Assembly: GCA_025774845.1 (NCBI GenBank)
Contig: JALGZP010000011.1
Span: forward strand, 479 to 64,478
Source of the DNA: a bacterium
GTDB taxonomy: Bacteria > Arandabacterota > Arandabacteria > Arandabacterales > Arandabacteraceae
Direction of reading: 5' to 3'
DNA length: 64,000 nucleotides
The stretch's first letter is position 1. Each line of letters starts with the position of its first letter. The translations under genes and the position numbers were made by a program. Positions 30,559 to 40,828 of the stretch are shown here, piece by piece. The notes below the pieces were generated by a model. It saw only the letters and a program-made list of their open reading frames with translations. It ran no database searches and was not told the origin of the DNA.

Positions 30559-32874
30559 GTGGGGTCAGGCTTTGCAATTACCGCTGTTTTTCTGGCGGTT
30601 CTCCTCATCATACCCTCTCCAGGGTGGTCTGCACCCCAGGAACTCCTGGTGGAATCGATCACCGTCACCGGCGCTGAGCGGACATCCGAGGCCGCGATCA
30701 CGAATACCTTCGGCATAAACGAGGGCCAGACCTACGCCTATGAGGACATCAGGAAAGGCCTGAGCCGTGTGTATGAAATGGGCTTTTTCGATGATGTGAG
30801 GCTCCACACCGAGGACGTTGCGGGCGGGCAGAGACTGAACGTCGAGGTGGTGGAGAGCCCTGTCATAGGCACGATAAGGATAAACGCCGGCAGGAAGATC
30901 GATAAGGGTGATATCAGAGAGAAACTCGAACTCGGGGTCGGATCGTCACTCAATGAGCGGTTGCTCTTCCGTAGTCTCAGTGCCGTGAGAGCACTCTACC
31001 GAGAGAAGGGCTACTATATCGCCAAGGTCGACTACGAGATCGCCCCCATCGGCGAGGGACTGGTTGACCTGATCTTCAACATCGATGAGGGTGTGAAGGT
31101 CAAGGTCGGCAAGATCAGCATCGACGGAAACGAATCCCTGTCTGATAAGGCCATAAGAAAGAAGATGGAAACGAAGGAGAAGGGCTGGTTCAAGCGGAAA
31201 GACTATAACCCCACCATCTTCGAAGAGGACATGGACCGGATTGTGGAGTTCTACCGGGATGAGGGTTTCATGCAGGCCGAGGTGGTCTCTCATGAGGTCG
31301 AACTCACAGAGGACAGCAAACTCGCTGACCTGAACATAAACATCAAGGAAGGGCCGCGTATCTATGTCAGGTCAATCGACATAGAGTTGCTCGGTGATGA
31401 GGAGTCCGGGAAGGTGCTCTCGGAGGAGGGTCTTGCCAGGAGAGTCAATCTTCAGACCGGCGATGCCTACAGTCAGGTCTCCTACAGGAGAACACTCGAG
31501 AACCTCTACTCGGCTCTCGGCGACCAGGGCTATGTATACGCCCAGATAGAGCCAGTGGAATCGATTGACGGCGACAGCGTCAGTCTGACACTCAGGGTGG
31601 TGCCGGAACGCGCCGTGCTGGTGAACAAGATAGTGATCGAGGGCAACAGGACAACGCTTGATAAGGTCATCAGACGGGAAATGGTCATAAGACCGGGGGA
31701 TATTCTCAGACGGTCGATGATCGAACGGAGTCACAGGGAGATCTTCAATCTGGGGTATTTTGAGGATGTGCAAATAGGATCTCAGGTGGCCAACGAGATC
31801 GGTGACATCGACCTGGTGTTCAGGATCAAGGAACGCCAGACGGGTATCGGCAACGTGGGCGCCGGTTACAGCGAGGAATTCGGCCTGACGGGATTCCTGG
31901 AATTTTCCCACAATAACGTCGGCTGGTATAAGAAGTTCCCGTACCTCGGTCTGGGAAAAGGACAGAGTATCAATCTCCGGTGGGAATTCGGGAAGCTGAC
32001 GCAGATAGACCTCAGCTTCAGAGACCCGTGGTTCAGGGACAGACCGATTCTCGTTGGATTCGATCTATATGACACCAAGCGGCAGTACGACACCTATACC
32101 GACAAACGGGACGGCTTCGGTGTTGTCGTAGGCAGGAGACTGCCGTATATAGATTACTCGAAGGTGTACTGGAGATACCGGCTCGAACGCAGGGAGATCG
32201 AGCCGGATGAGAACAAGGCGAGTGATCTGGTCAAGAGCCAGGCCGGCAAGAGGACTACATCGAGCACCGTGGTTACCTTCCTGAGGAACAGTGTTGATAA
32301 TCCGTTCTTCCCCAGGCACGGATCAAGGACGTCACTGACCTGTGAATGGGCCGGTGGCCTGCTCGGCGGAACCACGGCCTACCAGAGCTACATACTGGAT
32401 AACTCAGGTTTTCTTGCGATGCCCTGGCTGGATGCCGCCGTTGTGTTCAAGGTGAGGGCGGGCGTGGTTGACGGGCTCGGCAGCGAAGGTTACATTCCGG
32501 TTTATGAAAGGTTCCGGCTTGGCGGGACGACGACCGACGGGGTCAGGGGTTATTCCGAGCGGGAAATCGTGCCTGAGGGCAATGCGATAGATGATGGTGG
32601 TCGATTCATGATGCTGGGGACTATCGAATACAGGATTCCGGTCATCAAGAACCGCGCGCACCTGCTGGCATTCATGGATGCCGGCAACACCTGGAACAGC
32701 GTCAGGGCAGCCAGGCCCGGGTTCCTGAGACGGTCGGCGGGGGTCGGATTCCGGATTGAAATACCGATGATGGGACAAATGGGTCTTGATCTCGGGTATG
32801 GTTTTGACCGTGAGGAACGTTACGGCGGACCAAGCTGGGAGACGCATTTCCAGTTCGGGACGGCTGGATACTAG
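30559..32874 (+). CDS. bamA: Outer membrane protein assembly factor BamA (start uncertain)
   Basis: POTRA repeats (GFFDDV, GNRTTLDKVIRRE, LGYFEDV), VRGY motif, C-terminal FQFG. The frame is open from 30478; GTG 30559 precedes the signal peptide. Confidence 0.92.
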   Translation: MGSGFAITAVFLAVLLIIPSPGWSAPQELLVESITVTGAERTSEAAITNTFGINEGQTYAYEDIRKGLSRVYEMGFFDDVRLHTEDVAGGQRLNVEVVESPVIGTIRINAGRKIDKGDIREKLELGVGSSLNERLLFRSLSAVRALYREKGYYIAKVDYEIAPIGEGLVDLIFNIDEGVKVKVGKISIDGNESLSDKAIRKKMETKEKGWFKRKDYNPTIFEEDMDRIVEFYRDEGFMQAEVVSHEVELTEDSKLADLNINIKEGPRIYVRSIDIELLGDEESGKVLSEEGLARRVNLQTGDAYSQVSYRRTLENLYSALGDQGYVYAQIEPVESIDGDSVSLTLRVVPERAVLVNKIVIEGNRTTLDKVIRREMVIRPGDILRRSMIERSHREIFNLGYFEDVQIGSQVANEIGDIDLVFRIKERQTGIGNVGAGYSEEFGLTGFLEFSHNNVGWYKKFPYLGLGKGQSINLRWEFGKLTQIDLSFRDPWFRDRPILVGFDLYDTKRQYDTYTDKRDGFGVVVGRRLPYIDYSKVYWRYRLERREIEPDENKASDLVKSQAGKRTTSSTVVTFLRNSVDNPFFPRHGSRTSLTCEWAGGLLGGTTAYQSYILDNSGFLAMPWLDAAVVFKVRAGVVDGLGSEGYIPVYERFRLGGTTTDGVRGYSEREIVPEGNAIDDGGRFMMLGTIEYRIPVIKNRAHLLAFMDAGNTWNSVRAARPGFLRRSAGVGFRIEIPMMGQMGLDLGYGFDREERYGGPSWETHFQFGTAGY

Positions 32875-32897
32875 ATTCCGAGGGAGGGTTAGGCCTG

Positions 32898-33422
32898 ATG
32901 AAGAACCTGAGCATAGTAATACTTGCAGTACTGGTCCTGGTACCGTTCCGTGCAAACGGGGAGGGACAGAAGATCGGCTTTGTGAACGCCAGTATCCTCT
33001 TCGAGCAGTATTCAGTGGCCCGAGAGGCCGAGGAGGCCTACGGCAAGGAGCTGGAGGAGATCAACAGGCAGGTTGCCGAGATGGAGATCGAGCTGCGCTC
33101 ACTGGCCGACACACTTGAGGCGAGGAAGTACCTCTTCAGCGAGGAGCGTCTCAAGGAGAAGACCCAGGAACTTGAAAAAAAGCAGCAGGAGTACATCAAA
33201 TTCAGACAGGATGCCGAAATGACGGCGGCGAGGCGCAATGACGAGCTGTCTGGACCTATAGTAACGGCTATCGAAGAGGCGACCCGGCGGGTGGCTGAAA
33301 AGGAGGGTTTCGACTTAGTGCTGGACGCCGGACCCGGAATTGTGGTTTACTCGAAACCTGAACTTGATATCACCGATGAGGTGCTCGAGGATCTTGAGGT
33401 AAGCAGGGGGTCGACCGAGTAG
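32898..33422 (+). CDS. skp: OmpH/Skp periplasmic chaperone
   Basis: KIGFVN, coiled coil, GFDLVLD, DITDEVL. Confidence 0.9.
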   Translation: MKNLSIVILAVLVLVPFRANGEGQKIGFVNASILFEQYSVAREAEEAYGKELEEINRQVAEMEIELRSLADTLEARKYLFSEERLKEKTQELEKKQQEYIKFRQDAEMTAARRNDELSGPIVTAIEEATRRVAEKEGFDLVLDAGPGIVVYSKPELDITDEVLEDLEVSRGSTE

Positions 33423-33444
33423 AGGTCGCAGAAGGTAGCCCGTC

Positions 33445-34479
33445 ATGCAAATCACGCTCAGCGAGCTTGCCGATGTCGTCGGCGGCCGGATCTCCGGTGA
33501 CGGCTCGGTACTGATAAGCGGCGTCGCCGGCATAAAAGAGGCGAGACAGGGTGATATCACCTTCCTTGCGAATCCCCGCTATCACAAGTTCCTCGAAACG
33601 ACGGCTGCATCCGCCGTGATAGCCCCTCCGGACACCGTGAGCTCCGACAGAGCTCTGATCCTGTGCGAGAACCCCTATCTCAGTTTTGTAAAGGCCGTTG
33701 AGTACTTTGTACCCAACAAGAACAGCTATCCCCGGACGGTTCACCCCTCAGCCGTGATCGCGCCGGGCGTCAGGATTGGAAATACCGTCGGCATAGGAGC
33801 CTGCGCGGTCCTCGAGGATGGAGTCACGATAGGTGATGACAGCGTGATCCTGGCAGGGACCTTCGTAGGCCGTGGTAGCACCATAGGCCGCGAGTGTCTT
33901 ATTTATCAGAATGTGACGATCCGTGAGGAAGTCACGATGGGGGATAGGGTGATAGTCCACTGCGGGGCCGTCATAGGAAGCGACGGATTCGGTTTTGCGA
34001 AGGACGGGGAGATCTACAGGAAAATCCCTCAGATCGGTAACGTGGTCATTGAGGATGATGTCGAAGTAGGCGCGAATGTGACCATTGACAGGGCTACAAC
34101 CGGTACCACCACCGTTGGGAAGGGAACCAAGATAGACAATCTGGTTCAGATAGCCCACAATGTAACGATAAGTGAAAACTGCATACTGATAGCCCAGGTC
34201 GGGATTGGCGGTAGCACCGAGATCGGCAAAGGCGTGAGTTTTGCAGGCCAGTCGGGTTCCGTGGGCCACATCAAGATCGGTGACGGAGTGATGGTTGGCG
34301 CCCAGACCGGTGTCACCAAGTCCGTGCCTGCGAAGACCATGGTATCCGGTTATCCGGCCAGAGAGCACGGCCTTGCGAAACGGATCTATGCCGGTCTTAA
34401 TAAGCTCCCCGATCTCTTGAAGCGTGTGGCGGACCTGACTGAAAGAGTGGGCAAGCTGGAAGAGGGTCGTAAGGAATGA
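33445..34479 (+). CDS. lpxD: UDP-3-O-acylglucosamine N-acyltransferase
   Basis: Hexapeptide repeats, [32 protein letters not shown]. Confidence 0.96.
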   Translation: MQITLSELADVVGGRISGDGSVLISGVAGIKEARQGDITFLANPRYHKFLETTAASAVIAPPDTVSSDRALILCENPYLSFVKAVEYFVPNKNSYPRTVHPSAVIAPGVRIGNTVGIGACAVLEDGVTIGDDSVILAGTFVGRGSTIGRECLIYQNVTIREEVTMGDRVIVHCGAVIGSDGFGFAKDGEIYRKIPQIGNVVIEDDVEVGANVTIDRATTGTTTVGKGTKIDNLVQIAHNVTISENCILIAQVGIGGSTEIGKGVSFAGQSGSVGHIKIGDGVMVGAQTGVTKSVPAKTMVSGYPAREHGLAKRIYAGLNKLPDLLKRVADLTERVGKLEEGRKE

Positions 34480-35825
34480 GCGAGAAGCAAAGAACGCTCG
34501 GCACCGAGGTCACTTTCTCCGGTATCGGGCTTCACAGCGGTGCCAAGGTTACGCTGGTCTTCAAACCCGCACCCGCCGATTCGGGTATCAAGTTCATCCG
34601 GATCGATCTGGACGGCAGACCCGAGATCAAGGCGGACGTTACGAACGCCGTTCCGACCGGGGATCATGTAAGAAGGACCGTCCTGGGCAGCGGGGATGTG
34701 ACTATCAGCACGGTCGAGCATGTGCTTGCCGCTGTGCGCGGGCTGGGTATAGACAATCTCGTCATAGAGCTCGATACGGCCGAGCCGGCTGAACCCGATG
34801 GGTCCAGTGCCCCGTTTGTTGAGGTTCTCAAACGGGGGGGCGTTGTGGAGCAGGATTCCCCGCGGCGCTACATGGAAATCAAATCTCCGGTTGCCCTGAG
34901 CGAGGACGGTGTGGAACTCGTGGCACTGCCTCACCCGGGGCTGAGAATCAGTTTCACGATCGACTACGACCATCCACTGATCGGTACACAGTACGCCTCG
35001 TTCGATATCTCCGAAGAGGTATTCGTCAATGAGGTCGCGCCGGCCAGGACGTTCTCGCTTCTCAAAGATGTCGAAGATCTGCGCGGAAAAGGCCTGATAA
35101 AGGGCGGGAGTCTTGAGAATTCAATCGTGATCGGAGAAGAACGGATTCTCAATGAACAGCCGCTGAGATTCCCTGATGAGTTTGTACGCCACAAGATCCT
35201 TGATCTGCTCGGGGATCTGGTCCTGCTGGGTGCCCCGATAAGAACCCACATAATATCGGTGAGAAGCGGACACGCGACCAATCTTAAACTCGTAAGACTT
35301 CTGCGGGAGCAATGCGGGCGGCCGGTCAAGAGTGTCATGGGGCGGCATGTCAGGGATGTCCCCTCGAGTCTGTCCATCGGACAGATCCAGGAGATCATGC
35401 CGCACAGATATCCGTTTTTGCTCGTGGACAAGATCCTCTCACTCGAGGAAGGTAAGCGGGTCGTCGGACTTAAGAACGTAACGATAAATGAACCCTTCTT
35501 CCAGGGTCATTTCCCAAACCACCCGATCATGCCGGCGGTGCTGATAATCGAGGCGATGGCCCAGGTCGGCGGTGTTCTCCTTTTGAGCATGGTTGAAAAC
35601 CCTAAGACGAAGCTTGTTTATTTTATGGGGATCGATAAGGCCAAATTCAGGAAACCTGTTCTCCCCGGAGACCAGATCAGGTTTGAGCTGGAGATGCTCA
35701 AACTGAGAATGAATGCCTGCAAGATGAAGGGCAAGGCCTATGTGGGCGATGACCTCGTAGCCGAGGCCGAGCTGCTTTCAGTCCTCAGGGATAGGCAGGA
35801 AGACGAGAACAGGAGCATAGATTAG
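34476..35825 (+). CDS. lpxC: Bifunctional LpxC-FabZ
   Basis: [29 protein letters not shown], then [22 protein letters not shown]. Confidence 0.96.
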   Translation: MSEKQRTLGTEVTFSGIGLHSGAKVTLVFKPAPADSGIKFIRIDLDGRPEIKADVTNAVPTGDHVRRTVLGSGDVTISTVEHVLAAVRGLGIDNLVIELDTAEPAEPDGSSAPFVEVLKRGGVVEQDSPRRYMEIKSPVALSEDGVELVALPHPGLRISFTIDYDHPLIGTQYASFDISEEVFVNEVAPARTFSLLKDVEDLRGKGLIKGGSLENSIVIGEERILNEQPLRFPDEFVRHKILDLLGDLVLLGAPIRTHIISVRSGHATNLKLVRLLREQCGRPVKSVMGRHVRDVPSSLSIGQIQEIMPHRYPFLLVDKILSLEEGKRVVGLKNVTINEPFFQGHFPNHPIMPAVLIIEAMAQVGGVLLLSMVENPKTKLVYFMGIDKAKFRKPVLPGDQIRFELEMLKLRMNACKMKGKAYVGDDLVAEAELLSVLRDRQEDENRSID

Positions 35826-36658
35826 TGATTCCTCACACACGAAGATTCCACGGCGATGCCACGGGTGACTCGCCGGTACAGGCCTCCACGGATATCCACC
35901 CGGCTGCGTTCGTCGATCCAGGAGCTCGGATAGGCTCGGGTGTGACCATCGGCCCCAATACGGTCATCGGTCCGGATGTTGTGATAGGTGACGACACCTG
36001 GATCGGCGCGAACTGCCTGCTTGAAGGCTGGACATCGATAGGCTCGCGGTGCCGGGTATGTCACTGTACTGTCCTGGGATCCGATCCTCAGGATCTCAAG
36101 TACCGGGGAGAGAAGGCCTACGTAAGGATCGGGGACGACAACACCATACGGGAGTTTGCTACGGTACACCGTGCGACCGGTGAGGGCGAGGAGACGGTGA
36201 TCGGGGACCGCAACTTCATAATGGCATATGCTCACATCGCCCATAATTGCAGGGTCGGCAGTGATACGGTGCTTGCCAATGGTGTCAACATGGGTGGGCA
36301 TGTGACGATCGAAGATCACGCCTCGGTCAGTGGGCTCACGGTGATACACCAGTTCGTACGTGTCGGCGGCTACTCCTACACCGGAGGCGGGTCGAGGATT
36401 CCCATGGATATCGTGCCTTACATAAAGGTCGCCGGGAATCCCCCGATTGTCAGCGGACTTAACTCTGTAGGCCTTCAGCGGCACGGTTTCACGGCGGAGA
36501 CAATCCGCGTTCTCAAGAAGGCATACACGTTGATTTTCCGTTCGGACCTGAACGTTTCGCAGGCCGTCGAGCGGATCAAATCGGATCTGCCCGATATACC
36601 TGAGATCCAGCATCTGGTCGAGTTCATCGAGACGTCGGAGAGGGGAATCAGGCTCTAG
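35825..36658 (+). CDS. lpxA: Acyl-ACP--UDP-GlcNAc acyltransferase (start uncertain)
   Basis: IHPAAFVD, PQDLKY, IREFATVHRAT, HIAHNC, IHQF, GLNSVGL, SERGI. Confidence 0.95.
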   Translation: MIPHTRRFHGDATGDSPVQASTDIHPAAFVDPGARIGSGVTIGPNTVIGPDVVIGDDTWIGANCLLEGWTSIGSRCRVCHCTVLGSDPQDLKYRGEKAYVRIGDDNTIREFATVHRATGEGEETVIGDRNFIMAYAHIAHNCRVGSDTVLANGVNMGGHVTIEDHASVSGLTVIHQFVRVGGYSYTGGGSRIPMDIVPYIKVAGNPPIVSGLNSVGLQRHGFTAETIRVLKKAYTLIFRSDLNVSQAVERIKSDLPDIPEIQHLVEFIETSERGIRL

Positions 36659-36685
36659 GTACCCCCTAAACGTGTGAACGCACAA

Positions 36686-36711
36686 GCCGCCCGCCGTTGG
36701 GGCGGCGTTTT
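36686..36711 (+). terminator. GC-rich hairpin, weak intrinsic terminator or processing site
   Basis: GCCGCCC-N7-GGGCGGC followed by GTTTT, between lpxA and the oxidoreductase gene. Confidence 0.4.
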
Positions 36712-36729
36712 GCTGAAAAGGGGATAAGA

Positions 36730-37710
36730 ATGGAACGACTGCCATGCGGTGTCGCTGGTGTCGGACACCTGGGCCAGCACCACGTCCGGATCTACAGGGA
36801 GCTACCACAAGCGGAGCTCGTCGGCATATACGACACGGATAACGAGCGGATGAAGGAGATAGCCGGAGCCCACGGCACCAGAGCATACGAGTCGCTCGAA
36901 AGTCTGCTCGACGATGTCCGCGCGGTGAGTCTCGTCGTGCCGACAAGCCTCCACTACGAGATTGGTAAGATCATTCTTGCGGCTGGCAGGCATGTGCTGA
37001 TTGAAAAGCCGATTACCGAGCAGGTCAAGCACGGCTGGGAGCTTGTTGAGATGGCGCGGGCTAACGGCTTGACGCTTTACGCGGGGCATACTGAGAGGTT
37101 TTCGCCCCCATTGCGAAGTGCGCTCAAGTGGATCCGTAAGCCCAGATTCATAGAGGCCCTGAGAATGGCCGGATTCGGTGTTCGGGGGACGGATGTCTCC
37201 GTCATCCACGATCTCATGATCCATGACATAGATCTTGTCCTCAGCACGGCCGAGTCGGATATCGAGAAGGTCGAGGCCATCGGTGTCCCTGTTCTGACAC
37301 CCAATGTCGACATTGCAAACGCACGGCTGTCCTTCGCCGACGGATCGATCGCCTCACTTACGGCAAGCAGGGTCTCCATCGAGAGGTTGAGAAAACTCAG
37401 ACTCTTCCAGGAGGATACGTATATATCCATAGACTTCCTAAAACGGGACGCAAAGATATACCACAGGAAAATGGATGTTGAAGATCTGCCTCCGGGTCCG
37501 ACGTCAAGCCTGGACATGCATGATCTCGTCGAAATGGTAATGCCGCCCGTCAAGGATGAAGAGCCCCTTATGCTTGAGATTGCCGATTTCATCGCCAGTG
37601 CGCAGGGTGAGAAACAGCCTGAAGTCCCGGGTGAAACAGGTGTGAGAGCCCTGGAGATAGCGACGGAGATCGTCAGGGACATCGAGAGACGCCTGGCGAT
37701 GTGGAGATAG
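36730..37710 (+). CDS. Gfo/Idh/MocA oxidoreductase, GnnA-like
   Basis: GVGHLGQHH, HVLIEKPI, GHTERF, DVSVIHDLMIHDID, DIANARL; sits between lpxA and lpxB. Confidence 0.85.
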   Translation: MERLPCGVAGVGHLGQHHVRIYRELPQAELVGIYDTDNERMKEIAGAHGTRAYESLESLLDDVRAVSLVVPTSLHYEIGKIILAAGRHVLIEKPITEQVKHGWELVEMARANGLTLYAGHTERFSPPLRSALKWIRKPRFIEALRMAGFGVRGTDVSVIHDLMIHDIDLVLSTAESDIEKVEAIGVPVLTPNVDIANARLSFADGSIASLTASRVSIERLRKLRLFQEDTYISIDFLKRDAKIYHRKMDVEDLPPGPTSSLDMHDLVEMVMPPVKDEEPLMLEIADFIASAQGEKQPEVPGETGVRALEIATEIVRDIERRLAMWR

Positions 37711-37713
37711 TAG

Positions 37714-38847
37714 ATGGCAAAAAACATGATGATGATAACCGGTGAGGTATCCGGTGACCTCTATGGCTCGATGCTCGCCGCCGAGATAACATCCACAGAC
37801 CCGGATGTCCGGATCAGCGGGATCGGCGGTGACAGGATGAGGGAAGCCGGGGTGGATACCTTCCTTGACAGCAATGACCTGTCGGTTGTCGGTTTCTGGG
37901 AGGCCATCGTGCATCTCAGGAAACTTCGCAGTGCTCTCAGCCAGGCGAAAGAGACCATAAGACAGCGAAAACCGGACGTGCTGATCTTGATAGACTACCC
38001 GGGTATGAACCTCCGTCTGGCAAGCTACGCGAAGGAGAGAGGCATCAAGGTGTTGTACTATGTCTCTCCTCAGATCTGGGCCTGGGGTCGAAACAGACTC
38101 AATCAGATCCGGAAGAACGTGGACAAGATGGCGGTCATACTCCCGTTTGAGGTCGAGTTGTACGAAAAGGAGGGGATCGATGTCACCTATGTCGGTCATC
38201 CCCTGATTGACATAGTCAAGACCGGTCTTGATGCCGACGCGTTCTCCACCGAGATGGGACTGGGCGGGAACGGTAACCTGGTGGCTCTTATGCCCGGCAG
38301 CCGCACCCAGGAGATAAAACAGCATATCCAGCCGCTGATAAAGACGGCATCACTTTTGAGAAAGCAGTTGCCTTCCGTCAGATTCATCCTTGTAAGCCTG
38401 CCGACCTTTCGCGAAATGCTCGAAAGGGAGATAGAGGAGGCCGGTGTGCCGATCACGGTTACCACAGACTACAGGTATGAAGCGTTGCGGTACAGCCGGC
38501 TTGCGATCGCCTGTTCGGGTACGGCGACGCTCGAGGCCGCATTGCTCGGTACACCCATGATAGTGATATACAGGCTCGCGTTGTTTTCATGGCTGCTTGG
38601 CAAGCTGATAGTCAAGGTGCCGTATATCTCGCTGGCGAATCTCGTCGCTGGTGAGGAAGTGGTACCCGAGTTCATCCAGGGTGCGGTCAATCCAAAGACA
38701 CTTGCAGACGAGGCGGTGAAAATACTCACCGATGATTTGCGCCGCGAACACATAATCCGGCAGCTCGAGGCCGTGAGACAAAACCTTGGGCCCGGCGGGG
38801 CGACTGCCAGAACGGCCCGGCTGGCCCTGTCACTGATGTCAGAGTGA
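37714..38847 (+). CDS. lpxB: Lipid-A-disaccharide synthase
   Basis: GEVSGD, IDYPGMN, YYVSPQIWAW, ILPFE, VGHP, PGSR, SGTATLE, PEFIQ. Confidence 0.96.
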   Translation: MAKNMMMITGEVSGDLYGSMLAAEITSTDPDVRISGIGGDRMREAGVDTFLDSNDLSVVGFWEAIVHLRKLRSALSQAKETIRQRKPDVLILIDYPGMNLRLASYAKERGIKVLYYVSPQIWAWGRNRLNQIRKNVDKMAVILPFEVELYEKEGIDVTYVGHPLIDIVKTGLDADAFSTEMGLGGNGNLVALMPGSRTQEIKQHIQPLIKTASLLRKQLPSVRFILVSLPTFREMLEREIEEAGVPITVTTDYRYEALRYSRLAIACSGTATLEAALLGTPMIVIYRLALFSWLLGKLIVKVPYISLANLVAGEEVVPEFIQGAVNPKTLADEAVKILTDDLRREHIIRQLEAVRQNLGPGGATARTARLALSLMSE

Positions 38848-38851
38848 GACG

Positions 38852-39529
38852 ATGCCGATCCGGTCTCGATTGGGAAAGCGCGTTCTCGAGGTGCTGGCGC
38901 GATGGGTGGGACCCCTGCTGGTAAGGCTGTTGGGGCTTACGCTCAGGATAGAGAAGTCGGGCGTTGAGAATATCGCGAAAGCCAGGGAGCTTTCCGGCAA
39001 CCTGATATATGCTTTCTGGCACGGGAGGTTGCTTATCCTGACGTATGTACACCGAAACGAGGGAAACGATGTCCTTGTGAGCACTCACCAGGATGGGGAA
39101 TACATCGCACGCGTGCTGACCGGACTGGGGTTCGGCACGGTTCGGGGATCCTCCACCAGGGGAGGTACAGGTGCCGTTTTGAAGCTGACGGGTGCGGGAG
39201 CGGAAAAGCATGACATCGGAATCACGCCGGATGGGCCGCACGGACCGAGGGAGCGCTGCCAGCCAGGGGTGATCTATGTCGCCAAGCGGAACCGGATGGC
39301 CGTGCTTCCACTGGCAGCCTGCCACAAATCCGGCCTGGTCTTATCCAGTTGGGACAGGTTCATGATTCCCCTCCCTTTTGCCAGGTGCAAGGTGGTGTAT
39401 GGTGAACCCGTCCTGTATGACTCGTCCATGTCGGAAGAGTCCATAGAGGCGGCTGCACGGGATCTTGAGAAGCGGATCAGGGCCGTAACGCAAGAGGCGG
39501 ACAATGGCTGTGGAAGAAACGCAGAATAA
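38852..39529 (+). CDS. DUF374 lysophospholipid acyltransferase family (LpxJ-like secondary acyltransferase)
   Basis: AFWHGR, STHQDGE, RGSSTRGG, TPDGPHGP, SWDRFMIPLPF. Confidence 0.85.
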   Translation: MPIRSRLGKRVLEVLARWVGPLLVRLLGLTLRIEKSGVENIAKARELSGNLIYAFWHGRLLILTYVHRNEGNDVLVSTHQDGEYIARVLTGLGFGTVRGSSTRGGTGAVLKLTGAGAEKHDIGITPDGPHGPRERCQPGVIYVAKRNRMAVLPLAACHKSGLVLSSWDRFMIPLPFARCKVVYGEPVLYDSSMSEESIEAAARDLEKRIRAVTQEADNGCGRNAE

Positions 39530-40820
39530 GAGGTCCTGGCTTTCCCGGCTTCTCTTCGGGGTCTACAGGTTTGTGCCCTTGCCTGTCTACTTCGTTCTTC
39601 TGGCGGTCCATCATGTGTTCCCGCCCGCAAGGGCCAGACTTACCGAACGGCTCGCAATGCGGTGTCCCCCGGACAGGGGACGGCCCGTGATCTGGTTTCA
39701 TGCCTCGTCGATGGGTGAGATCTCGACCATAGCCCCGGTGGTGGCGGAGATCAGGAAGAAAAGCGAGGACTGCACGCTTGTGGTCAGCACTATGACCGTC
39801 AGCGGTGGACGAAGGGCGCGCGAGATTCTCAAGTTACCTGATGTCTTTTTGATGCCGATCGATTTCCACCCGTGTATGAAAAGACTGATCCGGGGCCTGA
39901 AGCCGGCCACGCTGATCATCGGCGAAACCGAGATCTGGCCCAACATGATCTTTGAGGCCAAAAAGCAGGGTGTCCGGATCGTGTTGTTAAACGGCAGGAT
40001 ATCGCGGAAATCCTTCCCAAGATACCGATTGGTCAGACCGCTGATCAAGGATGTGCTCTCATGTTTCAGTCTCCTTCTCATGCGGACGCAGACCGACGCG
40101 ACACGAATAACGCACCTCGGCGCCGATCCCGATCGTGTCGAGGTCGCGGGGAATACGAAGTACGACATACTGCCGGGCCCATCGAGCCCCGCACACCGTG
40201 AGGAAACACGGCGGGGCTTGAGGATTCCAGAGGGGCAGAAGGTGATCACCCTTGGTTCGGCCAGGGAAGGCGAGTGCGAAATCGTGCTCGGGGCATTGTC
40301 GGTTGCCGGTATCGAACCTGCGCCCGTGCTGGTCATCGCCCCCCGCCATATGGTGCTTGTCGACCAGATCGAGCAGATCTGCCGGGACTTCGGCCGGCGT
40401 TACAGGACGGTATCGGGTGGAGCGGCCGTGGGTGGTGACAACGCCGACGGGGCCAATGTGATCATAATAGCTGAAATGGGACGACTTCTTGACATGTATG
40501 CAATATCGGACATCGCTATAGTAGGAGGGACATACAGACCCTTCGGCGGCCATAATCCCCTTGAGCCCGCGTCTCAGGGGGTCGTAACGATTGTCGGCCC
40601 GCACACGCAGAACATAGAAGACGATATTGAATACCTCCGGTCAAGAGAGTGTGCCTTCATAGCCGGTGAGCAAGACCTCGGACCGTTGCTGGGTAAGATA
40701 CTATCGGACGATACGAGACGTGAACGAATGGGCCGGGACGCCGCGAAAGCCGTGGAGGCCATGAAGGGCATCGCCAAGAAATGTGTGGAGATCATGGCGC
40801 GGAAGAACCTGCTCCCGTAG
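39504..40820 (+). CDS. waaA: Kdo transferase
   Basis: WFHASSMGE, ETEIWPN, NGRIS, GNTKYD, APRH, GGHNPLEPA. Confidence 0.93.
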   Translation: MAVEETQNKRSWLSRLLFGVYRFVPLPVYFVLLAVHHVFPPARARLTERLAMRCPPDRGRPVIWFHASSMGEISTIAPVVAEIRKKSEDCTLVVSTMTVSGGRRAREILKLPDVFLMPIDFHPCMKRLIRGLKPATLIIGETEIWPNMIFEAKKQGVRIVLLNGRISRKSFPRYRLVRPLIKDVLSCFSLLLMRTQTDATRITHLGADPDRVEVAGNTKYDILPGPSSPAHREETRRGLRIPEGQKVITLGSAREGECEIVLGALSVAGIEPAPVLVIAPRHMVLVDQIEQICRDFGRRYRTVSGGAAVGGDNADGANVIIIAEMGRLLDMYAISDIAIVGGTYRPFGGHNPLEPASQGVVTIVGPHTQNIEDDIEYLRSRECAFIAGEQDLGPLLGKILSDDTRRERMGRDAAKAVEAMKGIAKKCVEIMARKNLLP

Positions 40821-40828
40821 GCGGTGAC

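Noticed and set aside
34476-35825. LpxC-FabZ fusion as a novelty
   Set aside because: It is a known fusion in Bacteroidota and relatives, useful only as a taxonomic hint.
35822-36946. Long antisense ORFs (374 aa here; also 42019-43038, 53260-54258, 54642-55553, 6670-7482 and others)
   Set aside because: They shadow well-supported genes on the opposite strand, show no recognisable motifs, and are expected in GC-rich coding DNA.
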